Source: Nitrospirales bacterium | GTDB lineage: Bacteria; Nitrospirota; Nitrospiria; Nitrospirales; UBA8639 | Reading direction: 5' to 3' | Assembly (NCBI GenBank): GCA_963422365.1 | Contig: OY729426.1 | Coordinates: 480,001-544,000, forward strand | Length of the DNA stretch: 64,000 nucleotides | Shown: one piece after another, positions 43,191 to 53,665 of the stretch | Numbering within the stretch: the first letter of the stretch is position 1 | Layout of the letters: each line of letters starts with the position of its first letter | The notes under the pieces: model-generated | The model's database searches: none | Told to the model about the DNA's origin: nothing | What the model saw: the letters and a program-made list of their open reading frames with translations, nothing else | Position numbers and translations under genes: made by a program

Positions 43191-43450
43191 ATGGACTGTC
43201 TTTTCTTGCGACACGGGATCGCCGTTGAATGGACCGATTGGCACGATGATGATCAATCACGTCCCCTGACCAATGCAGGCATTCACAAAACACGAAAGGC
43301 CACCGGCACCCTGCTGTTCGGCCAGCCCGTGCGGGGTCTGTCGTTCAACACAGCAGGCGCGTGCTGTATCCGGTTTGAGGGAAAGCCTCAAGGCAGGAGC
43401 GGGACGATCCAATGGATAATGGAAAAGTGGCTTCGATCCATCCGCAAGAC
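43191..43450 (+). pseudogene. sixA: SixA-like phosphohistidine phosphatase with internal deletion
   Basis: MDCLFLRHGIA...RPLT.AG joined directly to the C-terminal part; central SP..RA and VGH segments missing. Confidence 0.65.
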
Positions 43451-43457
43451 GCACCGT

Positions 43458-44243
43458 CTAAAAGTGCAGGACCGACACCAATTGTTCGACCAGCTTGGGG
43501 GCTCCAAACAGTGCATCGATTTTGTTTTCCTCGCGAGACTGACGAGTGACGACCGTCCCACCGGCCTCTTCAACCAAGACCTGCGTGGCCACGGCATCCC
43601 AGGGACTGAGTGCCGGATCGATCATGGCCCCGACTGAGCCGCTGATGACCAGCGTATGGCCGAAACAATCGGGGTAGCCTCGAAGATACCGGCACGCCCC
43701 AGCGAGTCGTTGAAACGTCTCTTCGCAGCCGGCACTGATAAACTGTGCGAGATCTCCCGTTGCAATGATACTGGTCTCTAATGCTGCTTCCTGAGAAACC
43801 GAAACCGCTGTTCCGTTACAGAAACACCCCAATCCTCGAGCGGCGCTATAGGTCAGATTCAGCACGGGCAAATGGATCACCCCAATGAGCGCCTTGCCTG
43901 CCTCTCGATCCTCTAACGCCACAATCGTTCCAAACAAAGGGATCCGATTCACGAATGATCGCGTGCCGTCGATGGGATCGATCAACCATCGATAGCGAGT
44001 CGTGTTTCCTTGCGGTCCAAACTCTTCTCCCAAGACATCAAATGCCGCTGCGACCGGATCACCCTGCAACATGGTCCGAACCGTGGTTTCGGCCTCGCGG
44101 TCCGCAATGCTCACCGGAGAGCCGTCACCCTTCCGTTCGACGCAGAGCGCACGATCCGTAAAATAGTTGAGAAGAATCCCGCTGGGAGTTCGGGCCGCGC
44201 GGATCGAAAGAGCCAGAAGGCGTTCTAGGCTCGTGGCCTCCAT
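43458..44243 (-). CDS. Inositol monophosphatase family protein (HisN-like)
   Basis: SPVSIADREAE, GEEFG, WLIDPIDGT, WDAVA...EEAGG. Confidence 0.88.
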   Translation of the reverse strand: MEATSLERLLALSIRAARTPSGILLNYFTDRALCVERKGDGSPVSIADREAETTVRTMLQGDPVAAAFDVLGEEFGPQGNTTRYRWLIDPIDGTRSFVNRIPLFGTIVALEDREAGKALIGVIHLPVLNLTYSAARGLGCFCNGTAVSVSQEAALETSIIATGDLAQFISAGCEETFQRLAGACRYLRGYPDCFGHTLVISGSVGAMIDPALSPWDAVATQVLVEEAGGTVVTRQSREENKIDALFGAPKLVEQLVSVLHF

Positions 44244-44503
44244 GAGACATTCACTTTCCTCAGAGGCGTTCCCCCCCTGACACGTGACAGGTTCATACTA
44301 GGACGGCGACAACATCACACTCCGCTACCACATCGTCCTGAGAAAACAGGCCTCAATCCTGTCCTTCCACACTTGCGTTGTCGCTGGCTCCCGAATCCAA
44401 CGACGTCTGGGGACATCACCGGATTCGCTTCCCTCGGCGAACGTTTCACGACACCCGGCTCGGAACACTGCCTGGTCAACGCGACGCGCGCGCGGAGGAA
44501 CGC

Positions 44504-45172
44504 TCAGACCCCTTGCGGTGGAAGGGTATGGCGGATGATTGTTCCTTCAACCATATACACCACCAGTTCCGCGATATTCGTCGCATGATCGGCAATCCGT
44601 TCAATGTACTTTGAAATAAAGGAGAGCCGAATGGCTCGGCTGATCGTCTGAGGATTTTCGAGCATGAAGGACAACAGTTCTCGAAATAACTGTTCCGTCA
44701 AATTATCGATACCATCATCATCCTGAATGACTTTTCTGGCCAGCGCCGAATCCGTTCCGACAAACGCGTCCAACGATTCCTTCACCATGATACGGGCATG
44801 CTCGGCCATATGAGGAATGTCGATATAGGGCTTTAACTGCGGTTCTTCGTTCAGTTCGACCACTCGCTCGCAGATATTTTCGGCTAAATCGCTCATCCGC
44901 TCTAATTCAGATGAAATCTTCATGGCCGTCGTCACAAAGCGTAAATCTTTGGCGGCTGGCTGATATCGGGCTAAACATTCGAGAGCCATTTCATCAATTT
45001 CCACGTCGAACGTATTCACCCTTCGATCGTTTTCGATGACCTGACGCGCCAAGACCTCATTCCGTTCAACCAGAGCGTTCAGGGCATTTCTGAGCTGGTC
45101 TTCGACCAGGGATCCCATCTCGAGCACTTTGCTTTTGATTTTGCCGAACTCTTCTTCGAAGTGACGTTCCAC
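44504..45172 (-). CDS. phoU: Phosphate signalling protein PhoU
   Basis: QPAAKDLR, LERMSDLAENI, IERIADHATNIAE. Confidence 0.97.
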   Translation of the reverse strand: MERHFEEEFGKIKSKVLEMGSLVEDQLRNALNALVERNEVLARQVIENDRRVNTFDVEIDEMALECLARYQPAAKDLRFVTTAMKISSELERMSDLAENICERVVELNEEPQLKPYIDIPHMAEHARIMVKESLDAFVGTDSALARKVIQDDDGIDNLTEQLFRELLSFMLENPQTISRAIRLSFISKYIERIADHATNIAELVVYMVEGTIIRHTLPPQGV

Positions 45173-45204
45173 GTGTCCTCATTTCCTCTTCAAACCCAGT
45201 CCCA

Positions 45205-46068
45205 TCATCCAAACCGTCCGGTCACGTAATCTTCGGTTCGACTGTCCGATGGATTGGTAAAGATGACTTTGGTCGCAGCGTATTCAATGAGTTCTCCCAT
45301 GAGAAAGAACCCCGTCAGATCGGAGATACGTGCGGCCTGCTGCATATTATGCGTCACGATCACCACGGTAAGCTGTTCTTTCAAGGCATGCAACAACTCT
45401 TCAATCTTGGCGGTTGAAATGGGATCAAGCGCCGAACAGGGCTCATCCATGAGTAAGACTTCAGGGTTGACGGCCAACGCACGAGCAATACATAACCGTT
45501 GTTGCTGTCCCCCGGAAAGGCTCAGCGCACTGTGATGCAAGCGATCTTTGACTTCTTCCCAGAGTCCCGCGCCCTGAAGACTCTTTTCGACAAGCGCATC
45601 GAGCCAAGAACGGCGCCGCATGCCCTGTAACCTCGGCCCATACGCCACGTTTTGGTAAATCGACTTGGGAAACGGATTCACTTTCTGGAAGACCATCCCG
45701 ACCCGGGTTCGGAGATCAGTGACATCCACGGAAGGATCGTACATATCCTGGCCATCAAGACGAATCTTTCCGATGAGGCGTGCCCCTTCAACTAAGTCGT
45801 TTAACCGATTCAAGCACCGCAATAACGTCGATTTCCCACAACCGGACGGACCGATCAAGGCCGTGACTTGATGTCTTGGGACGGCAAGGTCGATTTTGAA
45901 GAGGGCTTGCCTCTCACCATAAAAGAAGCTGGCAGCCTCGACCGTGATTTTGGGATCGGGTTCCTTGTCTTGAGAAGATGCAGAAGACGCCATGGGTGTT
46001 TCCGTCGTTTGCCTGTGGTGGTTAGCCGTTTGAGAAGGTTGGGTCAACGCGTCAATGAGGGAACTCAT
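45205..46068 (-). CDS. pstB: Phosphate ABC transporter ATPase
   Basis: [40 protein letters not shown]; start uncertain. Confidence 0.97.
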   Translation of the reverse strand: MSSLIDALTQPSQTANHHRQTTETPMASSASSQDKEPDPKITVEAASFFYGERQALFKIDLAVPRHQVTALIGPSGCGKSTLLRCLNRLNDLVEGARLIGKIRLDGQDMYDPSVDVTDLRTRVGMVFQKVNPFPKSIYQNVAYGPRLQGMRRRSWLDALVEKSLQGAGLWEEVKDRLHHSALSLSGGQQQRLCIARALAVNPEVLLMDEPCSALDPISTAKIEELLHALKEQLTVVIVTHNMQQAARISDLTGFFLMGELIEYAATKVIFTNPSDSRTEDYVTGRFG

Positions 46069-46103
46069 CAGGATGACCTTCTTGAGCGCGTCACGCACTC
46101 AGA

Positions 46104-47738
46104 TTACACCGACGACGATCTGAACTTTTTCCGCATAGCATGGCGGATGGCCACGGCGCTGAGATTTAACAGAATGACCACCATGACCAGGATCAAGGCC
46201 GTGACGTACACCATCGGCTTCGCCGCCTCCACGTTCGGGGATTGAAACCCCACGTCGAAGATATGAAAGCCTAAATGCATAAACTTGCGTTCAACGTGCA
46301 GAAATGGAAAATGGTGATCTAAGGGAAGCGCCGGAGCCAATTTGACCACCCCGGTCAACATCAAGGGGGCCACTTCGCCCGTCGCGCGCGCCACCGCTAA
46401 GATTAACCCCGTCAAAATGCCCGGCAAAGCGCAGGGAAGGATCACGCGAATCATACTTTCAAGCTTGGTGGCCCCTAACGCTAAGGAACCTTCACGGTAT
46501 TCTCGAGGAACGGCTGAAAGCCCTTCTTCCGTCGACACGATCACCACCGGAACCGTCAAGAGGGCTAAGGTGAATGACGCCCACAGAATACCGCCCGTTC
46601 CAAACGTCGGGGTCGGTAAGGCTTCGGGATAGAACAGGGTATCAATGGTCCCGCCGACCGCGTAGACAAAGAACCCCAGCCCAAAGACGCCGAACACAAT
46701 CGACGGCACGCCGGCCAAATTATTCACGGCAATGCGGATCATCCGAACGATCACTCCCTGTCGCGCATATTCCCGCAAGTAGAAGGCGGCCAAGACACCA
46801 AAGGGCACGACGGCCACGCTCATGATCAACACCATCATGACGGTGCCGAAGATTGCCGGGAAAATGCCTCCTTCGGTGTTGGCTTCCCGCGGTTCTTGAC
46901 TCAGCACGGACCAAAAATTGGTGAAGTACGTGAGAATTTTTTCAAAGGCGTCCATGGTATTGGGACGAAGGGCGTTCACGATGTGTCCAACGGCAAGGTG
47001 TTGCTCCCGGCCATTTGTCTCGACGAGGACCACGGAGGACTCGTTGAGTTGCTCGCTCAATTTCCGAAGGGTCTCGACATGTTTTTGGTATTGGGTTTCT
47101 AATTGCTTCGTGGAAGCTTGAAGGGCAACAACCTCAGAAGCCTGGGGTTGATCCTGTAATGCCAACTCCCGGATTCTCAACCGAATTTCTTCGATTTCAT
47201 AATTCACGTCGCCGATGACGTCTTTTTGAAGACGTTCAATCTCGTCATGTAACTCATTGGCATGCTCAATCAGCGGCTGTAACGCCTTCCACCCTTCAAG
47301 ATTGCCCGAGGCCACGACTTGTCCGTCCCGCGTGACCTCACGAATCCGGCCATAAAAGTTCCCCCATTCTCTGCGTTCAACGGCGATCACGTCTTGCGGC
47401 GTTTCCACCGACGCGATTTGATCGGTCTCCACCCACCTGAAGTCCAAGCCATACAGATCACGATTTCCGATTTTCAGCCTGACCCGGGTTTTCCCTTCGG
47501 GGAATGCCGGCGTCTCCGAATAGGGGATGACTTCTTCCTCTTTGAGTTCTCCCAGCACGTGCGTGCCGTCCTTGAGTGTCATTTCCACAAGAGCGTGGGG
47601 CCAGAAAAACCCGAGGCCATTGATCATGATCAGGAGAAGGAGGCCACCCACCATGAGGAGCAAGGCGGCTACGGCCGTACCGCAACACCACACGAACAGC
47701 GTCCCTGAATCGAGTATTTTTTTCATCTTGCCAGGCAT
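46104..47738 (-). CDS. pstA: Phosphate ABC transporter permease (long form)
   Basis: EPREANTEGGIFPAIFGT, NLAGVPSIVFG, RATGEVAPL. Confidence 0.95.
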   Translation of the reverse strand: MPGKMKKILDSGTLFVWCCGTAVAALLLMVGGLLLLIMINGLGFFWPHALVEMTLKDGTHVLGELKEEEVIPYSETPAFPEGKTRVRLKIGNRDLYGLDFRWVETDQIASVETPQDVIAVERREWGNFYGRIREVTRDGQVVASGNLEGWKALQPLIEHANELHDEIERLQKDVIGDVNYEIEEIRLRIRELALQDQPQASEVVALQASTKQLETQYQKHVETLRKLSEQLNESSVVLVETNGREQHLAVGHIVNALRPNTMDAFEKILTYFTNFWSVLSQEPREANTEGGIFPAIFGTVMMVLIMSVAVVPFGVLAAFYLREYARQGVIVRMIRIAVNNLAGVPSIVFGVFGLGFFVYAVGGTIDTLFYPEALPTPTFGTGGILWASFTLALLTVPVVIVSTEEGLSAVPREYREGSLALGATKLESMIRVILPCALPGILTGLILAVARATGEVAPLMLTGVVKLAPALPLDHHFPFLHVERKFMHLGFHIFDVGFQSPNVEAAKPMVYVTALILVMVVILLNLSAVAIRHAMRKKFRSSSV

Positions 47739-47748
47739 AGAACCCGTT

Positions 47749-50049
47749 TCAAAATTGGCTGTATCGTGCCCGAAGCCGCTGCCGAACAATTTCTGCAAGG
47801 GTGTTGACGATGGACGTAAACACAAACAACAGCAGGCCGGCCAAGAATAACAAGCGATACAGCGTGCCTCCATGCGGGGCTTCAGGCATTTCCACGGCAA
47901 TATTCGCTGATAAGGTTCGGAATCCATTGAAGAGGTTCATATCCAAGACTGGGGTGTTTCCCGTGGCCATCAGGACAATCATGGTTTCTCCGACCACCCG
48001 TCCTAACCCAATCATGAGAGCGGAGAACAACCCGGGACTCGCCGAGACAATGACCAATTTCGTCAAGGTCTGCCACGGAGTCGCACCGAGGGCCAATGAT
48101 CCGGCAATCAGATGGGGCGGCACGTTGCTCAGCGAATCCTCGCTGATGCTGAAAATGGTGGGGATGACGGCGATGCCCATGGCAAAGGCAATGACCAACG
48201 CGTTGCGCTGGTCATACGCCAAGCCAAACGTTGATTGCAGCCAGTGTTTATAGTCCCCATCAAAGAGCCAGAACTCAAATTGGTGGTTGAACTGAAGACA
48301 GAACCACACCGTTCCGCCGAGGATGAGAAACAATGCCGCCAATTCCGTGACATTCCCTGATTGACCTTTCAGTCCAGCGGGAAGAAAGTGCCATCCGATG
48401 CAGCCCACCACAACAACCAGCGGCAACACAATCACCATGACCACCATGGCCGGAAAGATTGTCTCCAGCAACGGCGCGAACCACAATCCGGCCAGGAATC
48501 CCAGGACCACCGTGGGGAGGGCCGCCATGGTCTCCACAACCGGTTTGACCACGGCGCGTACACTCGGATTCATGAACATCGAGGTATAGATCGCTCCCAG
48601 CACGGCGAGGGGCGTCGCCAGCAACATCGCATACATCGTCCCTTTCAGCGTGCCGAACATGAGCGGCCATATGCTAAATTTCGGCTCGAACGCATCGGAC
48701 CCACCGGTTGATTGCCAAATATGGAGGGGCTCTTCATAGCCTTCATAGAGCACGGGCAAGAACAGCGACGAGAACGTGGATTCGGGATGTTCATTTTCAA
48801 CGTCATAGGCGATCAGCTGTCCCGAGTCATTGAGCACCAAGGCGCCATCGGTCTTCGGTGCAAACATCGCCGCCAAAATGGGGTGTCCGTTCCCCGGGAA
48901 CTTGATGAGCGTCTGCTCGGAGGTCGAATGATGCACCGCCACCCCTCCGGAGGCATCGGCCGTGAGAAATCCTTTATCTCGAAGCGAGGGTGAAATCGCT
49001 GTCACGGCCCCGTCATGCGGAGCAAGGTCCCGAATTTTTTCAAGACGCGGATCACCCCCCACATCAGGGTCGAGCACGGACATCCAGACGGCAATCTTTC
49101 CGCTTGCCGTGCCGACCACGATGGACCGATCGCCAATGAGATAGGAAAGGGCGGTGATGGAGGTCCCGGCCGAGTAACTCCCCATCAGTCTCGGGCTTTG
49201 GATATCCCGAATATCCCAATACATCAATCTGCCGTCTTTTGTGCCCCCTAACAGGGTTTCTCCCAACTCATCCAGAAGCAGCACAGAGATCGTCTCCACA
49301 CCTTCCTCGGAGATCTCAGTCTGAAACAGTTCCAATTCCGTGTCGAGCGCAAACAGCCCCTCCGACTCTGATTCTTGAATCTTTGTGAGAAACAATCGCC
49401 CTGACTCGGTCAAGGCAGCGGCTATCGTTCCACTATCCGTCTTGCGGTAGGCAACTCGCGCAATGGGCTCAGCGGTTGGGACTGCCTCAAGCGGCTCGCC
49501 CGAGGTCACAACCGGTTCAATTGTTCGTACGTCATCTTCGAATGTGACTCGAAAAGTGACGTACAAGGGAATGACTCGCCCGGTTACTGTCCCGAGTCCA
49601 TAAATATGGTCTTTCCCCGGAGAGCGGGCTAACGCGGTAACGTTCCCGTTTTCAAACGTCGGCACAGACTTGAGACTCATCGGGGTCCCGGCAGGAAACG
49701 CATAGAACGAAATGTCCCTCTTTCGGAGCACATACCCCACTTCCCTGTATTCATCGATCCCCACACCGACATTCCCCGGCTTCAGACCGGCTTCATCGAA
49801 TGTGTCGATGTGCACGGAAGTCGCTTGAGTCCAAGAAGCGGTATAAAACAAGGGGACGACTTCGATAAACAGATAGGCAAAAATTCCAAAGATGCTGAGA
49901 ATGGTCGCCCATCCTCCAAGGGTAATCACACCCGCTGCGCCCCGATCGGCCCAACGCCGCCACGTCCTTGAAGTCACCTTTGAGAAAAACGATGGCGAGG
50001 GAGGAGTTGCCATCTCAACCTGATCCGCTCTTGGGTCAGCCTGATTCAT
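47749..50049 (-). CDS. pstC: Phosphate ABC transporter permease with periplasmic propeller-like domain
   Basis: FGTLKGT, MAALPTVVLGF, GRVVGETMIVLMATGN. Confidence 0.93.
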   Translation of the reverse strand: MNQADPRADQVEMATPPSPSFFSKVTSRTWRRWADRGAAGVITLGGWATILSIFGIFAYLFIEVVPLFYTASWTQATSVHIDTFDEAGLKPGNVGVGIDEYREVGYVLRKRDISFYAFPAGTPMSLKSVPTFENGNVTALARSPGKDHIYGLGTVTGRVIPLYVTFRVTFEDDVRTIEPVVTSGEPLEAVPTAEPIARVAYRKTDSGTIAAALTESGRLFLTKIQESESEGLFALDTELELFQTEISEEGVETISVLLLDELGETLLGGTKDGRLMYWDIRDIQSPRLMGSYSAGTSITALSYLIGDRSIVVGTASGKIAVWMSVLDPDVGGDPRLEKIRDLAPHDGAVTAISPSLRDKGFLTADASGGVAVHHSTSEQTLIKFPGNGHPILAAMFAPKTDGALVLNDSGQLIAYDVENEHPESTFSSLFLPVLYEGYEEPLHIWQSTGGSDAFEPKFSIWPLMFGTLKGTMYAMLLATPLAVLGAIYTSMFMNPSVRAVVKPVVETMAALPTVVLGFLAGLWFAPLLETIFPAMVVMVIVLPLVVVVGCIGWHFLPAGLKGQSGNVTELAALFLILGGTVWFCLQFNHQFEFWLFDGDYKHWLQSTFGLAYDQRNALVIAFAMGIAVIPTIFSISEDSLSNVPPHLIAGSLALGATPWQTLTKLVIVSASPGLFSALMIGLGRVVGETMIVLMATGNTPVLDMNLFNGFRTLSANIAVEMPEAPHGGTLYRLLFLAGLLLFVFTSIVNTLAEIVRQRLRARYSQF

Positions 50050-50186
50050 GAGATGTGGAGAGTTGTTGGCAGGTACATAACAAAGCCACATCCTGCAAAG
50101 CCTTGACTTTCGGGCATGGCTTTGTCACAAATTTCCCGCGCCACGGTAGTACGCTTTGGCTTTCTCGTCAAGCACAAGACGACCAA

Positions 50187-51221
50187 CTATTGCATGTCAC
50201 CCAATTTCTTACTGATTAAGCTTTGCGGCAATGGGAAATAGCCGTCCTTGATCACGATATGCTGGCCCGCTTTGCTATAGACATATTTAAAGAACTCTCC
50301 GACTAAAGGCGGTAACGGTTTTCCCGGCGCTTTATTCACATACAGGTAGAGAAAACGAGCTAACGGATACTTGCCGGCGGAGGCATTGGCAAACGTCGGC
50401 TCATAACATGCTTCGCCGCTTTTGGCCGACAACGGAATCGCTCGGACCCCTGAGGTTCGATAACCAATACCACTGTACCCAAGACCACCCCGATCTTCAG
50501 CCACGCCCTGCACCACGGACGCCGACCCCGGTTGTTCCTTAACCTCATCTCTATAATCACCTTTTTTCAACACCGCTTTCTTAAAAAACCCATAGGTCCC
50601 CGAGGCTGAATTTCGACCGTACAGACTCACTCTTGTGCTTTGCCAGTTCCCATCAAGGCCCGCCTTCCCCCACGTGTCAATCTCCACAGAATGCCTGCGC
50701 CTCCGGGTTTTTGAAAAGGCAGCATCCACTTCTTCCATACTCAGACACTTGATTGGATTGTCTTTATTGACATACACGGCCAGCGCATCAACGGCAACAG
50801 GAACACTGGTGGGTTTATAGCCGAATTTCGCCTCAAACTTGTCCATCTCTTTCGCTTTCATTTGCCTCGACATCGGGGCGACTTCCGCTGTCCCTTCAAT
50901 TAAGGCCGGAGGAGCCGTGCTGGATCCTTTCCCTTCAATTTGAATCTTCACATTGGGATATTCTTTTCTGAACCCTTCCGCCCACAGAGTCATAAGATTG
51001 TTGAGGGTATCGGATCCGATGCTATTCAGATTCCCGGAGACCCCACTAACCCGACTATAGGCTTTCCAATCTGGATCCACCATCACGTCGGATGCCGCCC
51101 AACTCTGGACTGCACTGCCCATGCCGACTGCCAGGAGAACGAAACCGAGGGATCCAGCCCTCTTCCCGAAAAATCCGGTTGATCGATTTGTGGCACTTGC
51201 CAATACGAACCGTCTCATCAT
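50187..51221 (-). CDS. pstS: Phosphate-binding protein
   Basis: GSDTL, GKGSSTAPPAL, MSR, RNSASGT, YPLARFLY. Confidence 0.95.
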   Translation of the reverse strand: MMRRFVLASATNRSTGFFGKRAGSLGFVLLAVGMGSAVQSWAASDVMVDPDWKAYSRVSGVSGNLNSIGSDTLNNLMTLWAEGFRKEYPNVKIQIEGKGSSTAPPALIEGTAEVAPMSRQMKAKEMDKFEAKFGYKPTSVPVAVDALAVYVNKDNPIKCLSMEEVDAAFSKTRRRRHSVEIDTWGKAGLDGNWQSTRVSLYGRNSASGTYGFFKKAVLKKGDYRDEVKEQPGSASVVQGVAEDRGGLGYSGIGYRTSGVRAIPLSAKSGEACYEPTFANASAGKYPLARFLYLYVNKAPGKPLPPLVGEFFKYVYSKAGQHIVIKDGYFPLPQSLISKKLGDMQ

Positions 51222-51315
51222 GTGTGAACCTTCCTTCTGCAACATTCGTTCAATCATATGACCCTTTCTGATAGTGGCTTCACTCTAAGCGTTGTATATT
51301 ACTCCGGTGTAAAAA

Positions 51316-51337
51316 ACAGGTTACGAAATTGTTACGA
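51316..51337 (-). promoter_or_regulatory. Pho-box-like direct repeat upstream of pstS
   Basis: tcGTAACaatt tcGTAACctgt on the minus strand, 11-bp period. Confidence 0.7.
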
Positions 51338-51545
51338 CACAAGAGGATTTCCTCATTTTTGGGGTCAGATTCTTGTTCTCTGGCATTGCCGGCGTGCCAA
51401 AGGGGCCAAACCAATTCCCCTCAGAATCGACATGCGCACTATACGAGGAGCGTATTGCAGTCACGTATCAGGACGGTGACACGTCAGTTAATTTTGCTTT
51501 GGAATTTTCTGAAATCGGCTCCTGGCGGCAGAGTGCGGGAAGCCA

Positions 51546-52955
51546 CTAAGGAGTAGAAACGTCGGAGTTAGGAGTAGGTTGGAGTTGCACGGCCGGAAGC
51601 AGAAATTCAATAGTCGTGCCTTTGCCGTATTGACTCTCAACGTGAAGCGTCCCGCCATGCAATTGCACTAAATGTTTCACGATGGCGAGACCAAGGCCGG
51701 TGCCGCCTTCCGTACGGGAACGCGCTTTATCGACTCTGTAAAATCGTTCCGTCACGCGAGGCAAATCGTTTTGCGGAATACCTTGTCCCGTATCCCGGAT
51801 CGTGATGCGGATTTGATCGGTGTTTGTTTTCGCTGCCCCAAAATTCACCGTTCCCCCTTTCGACGTATACTTCACCGCATTGTCAACCACATTCACAAAA
51901 ATCTGAGAGAGCCGATCACGATCGGCCTGCACACACAAATCGGGAGGAACCTGGTTGACAAGCCGCACTTCTTTTTTCGCAGCATCCTTCTCAAACATCG
52001 CCGAGACTTCGTGCACGAAGGCGCCAAGACTCACGGGAGTGGGATTCAGAACCACTTTTCCCGTCTCGATATCGGAAAGATTCAGAAGGTCATTAATTAA
52101 GCGCCCCATCCGTTCCGCGTGGCTCTTCGCGACCTCCAGAAATCGTCGGTGCGTGGTCGATTTCAGCGGGGCTTCATCGAGCACGGTTTCCACGTATCCC
52201 TTGATGGCGGTCAGCGGCGTACGTAACTCATGTGAGACGTTTGCGACAAATTCAGCGCGGACTTTTTCCAACCGCCGGAGCTCGGTGATGTCATGCAAGA
52301 CGAGTAAGATACCCTGGCGCTGTGACGAAAAAGGCACGGACCGGGCATTGACCTCGATAATTCTCAGAGCAGGTAAATGACGCTCAATTTCCCGCTTGCA
52401 CTGCTCCGTGGCATCGAGTGCTTGACACGTCTCGACCCAATCAGCCAATCCTCGATCCCTGACAATTTCCAATAAGGTGCGGCCTTGTCCATCCTCCTGA
52501 TTAAAATCAAGAATCCTTCGCGCAGCGGGATTCATGAGCACCACATGCCCTTGCCCATCCAAAGCGATCACGCCTTCGGTCATACTGTCGAGGATAGCAG
52601 TGCCTTTGGCTCGTTCGGACTCCAATACTTGAACATGGGCTTGGGAGTGAGCCGTGATGTACGTCAACGCCTTTCTCAAGCCGCTCAAGTCATCTCCGTC
52701 TGGTTTCTTCTCCTGCTCCCTCCATCCTTGCAACAGCCGCTCGGCGCCGGTTTGAATTTCATAGACCGGCCTCAAAAGCCATCGACCGACACACAGGCCA
52801 AAAGGAAAAACCAACACGACCACGACCAGGACCCCAACCCATAATGCCCTGCCGGTCGCCCCAGAAGCGGCCAACAGCCACATCGCCGCCATGCCCACCA
52901 ATGTCATGACGCTCAAGAACAATCCGAAACGGGGAATCAACCGGCCCTTCAACAT
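51546..52955 (-). CDS. phoR: Phosphate regulon sensor kinase
   Basis: TMs, PAS, FVANVSHELRTPLT, RFYRVDKARS, GGTGLGL; adjacent to pst. Confidence 0.92.
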   Translation of the reverse strand: MLKGRLIPRFGLFLSVMTLVGMAAMWLLAASGATGRALWVGVLVVVVLVFPFGLCVGRWLLRPVYEIQTGAERLLQGWREQEKKPDGDDLSGLRKALTYITAHSQAHVQVLESERAKGTAILDSMTEGVIALDGQGHVVLMNPAARRILDFNQEDGQGRTLLEIVRDRGLADWVETCQALDATEQCKREIERHLPALRIIEVNARSVPFSSQRQGILLVLHDITELRRLEKVRAEFVANVSHELRTPLTAIKGYVETVLDEAPLKSTTHRRFLEVAKSHAERMGRLINDLLNLSDIETGKVVLNPTPVSLGAFVHEVSAMFEKDAAKKEVRLVNQVPPDLCVQADRDRLSQIFVNVVDNAVKYTSKGGTVNFGAAKTNTDQIRITIRDTGQGIPQNDLPRVTERFYRVDKARSRTEGGTGLGLAIVKHLVQLHGGTLHVESQYGKGTTIEFLLPAVQLQPTPNSDVSTP

Positions 52956-52969
52956 CGGTGTGTCCTCAT

Positions 52970-53665
52970 TTATCCTTCTGCCTCGAAGCGATAGCCCACA
53001 CCCTTGACCGTCACGATTCGGTGACTTTCCTCTTTGAGTTTTTCTCGAAGGCGTCTGATGTGCACATCGACTGTTCTCGATTCAATTTCCACGGCATTGG
53101 CATACCCCCAGACCATTTCCAAAATTTGCTCCCGATTCAACACCCGCCCGTTGGCGTGTATCAACGCACAGAGCAGATCGAATTCCTTCACCGTGAGTTC
53201 GACAACACTGTCTGCCACGCGGACTTGATGCTTCGCCTCGTCAATTTCAAGAGCCCCGATTCGTCTCATGCCGTCCGTTTGAGGATCGCGCCCCCGCCGT
53301 AACACCGCTTTGATTCGAGCCACCAACTCTCTGGGGGAAAACGGCTTGACGAGGTAGTCGTCCGCTCCTATCTCCAATCCCACCACTCGATCGACTTCTT
53401 CCGCTTTGGCCGTCAACATGATAATCGCCATATTGGCAGTGGTCCGCTCACGACGAAGCAACCGGCAAATTTCCAACCCGTCAATACCCTGCAGCATGAG
53501 ATCCAGCACAAGCAAATCAGGGGATTCGGTCCGTGCGAGTTGCAGCGCCGTTTCTCCTTCATGCGCCTCCAGGCAATGCAGGCCTTCTTTTTCCAAGTGG
53601 TGGCGAACGAGATCAACGATCGCTTGTTCGTCATCCACGATTAAGACTTTCAGAGCCATGGGCAC
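52970..53665 (-). CDS. phoB: OmpR-family phosphate response regulator
   Basis: REC + winged helix (RTVDVHIRRLR, TVKGVGY); upstream of phoR. Confidence 0.9.
   Translation of the reverse strand: MPMALKVLIVDDEQAIVDLVRHHLEKEGLHCLEAHEGETALQLARTESPDLLVLDLMLQGIDGLEICRLLRRERTTANMAIIMLTAKAEEVDRVVGLEIGADDYLVKPFSPRELVARIKAVLRRGRDPQTDGMRRIGALEIDEAKHQVRVADSVVELTVKEFDLLCALIHANGRVLNREQILEMVWGYANAVEIESRTVDVHIRRLREKLKEESHRIVTVKGVGYRFEAEG

Noticed and set aside
46104..50049. Unusually long PstA and PstC
   Set aside because: Long forms with periplasmic insertions are known (Pseudomonas type)
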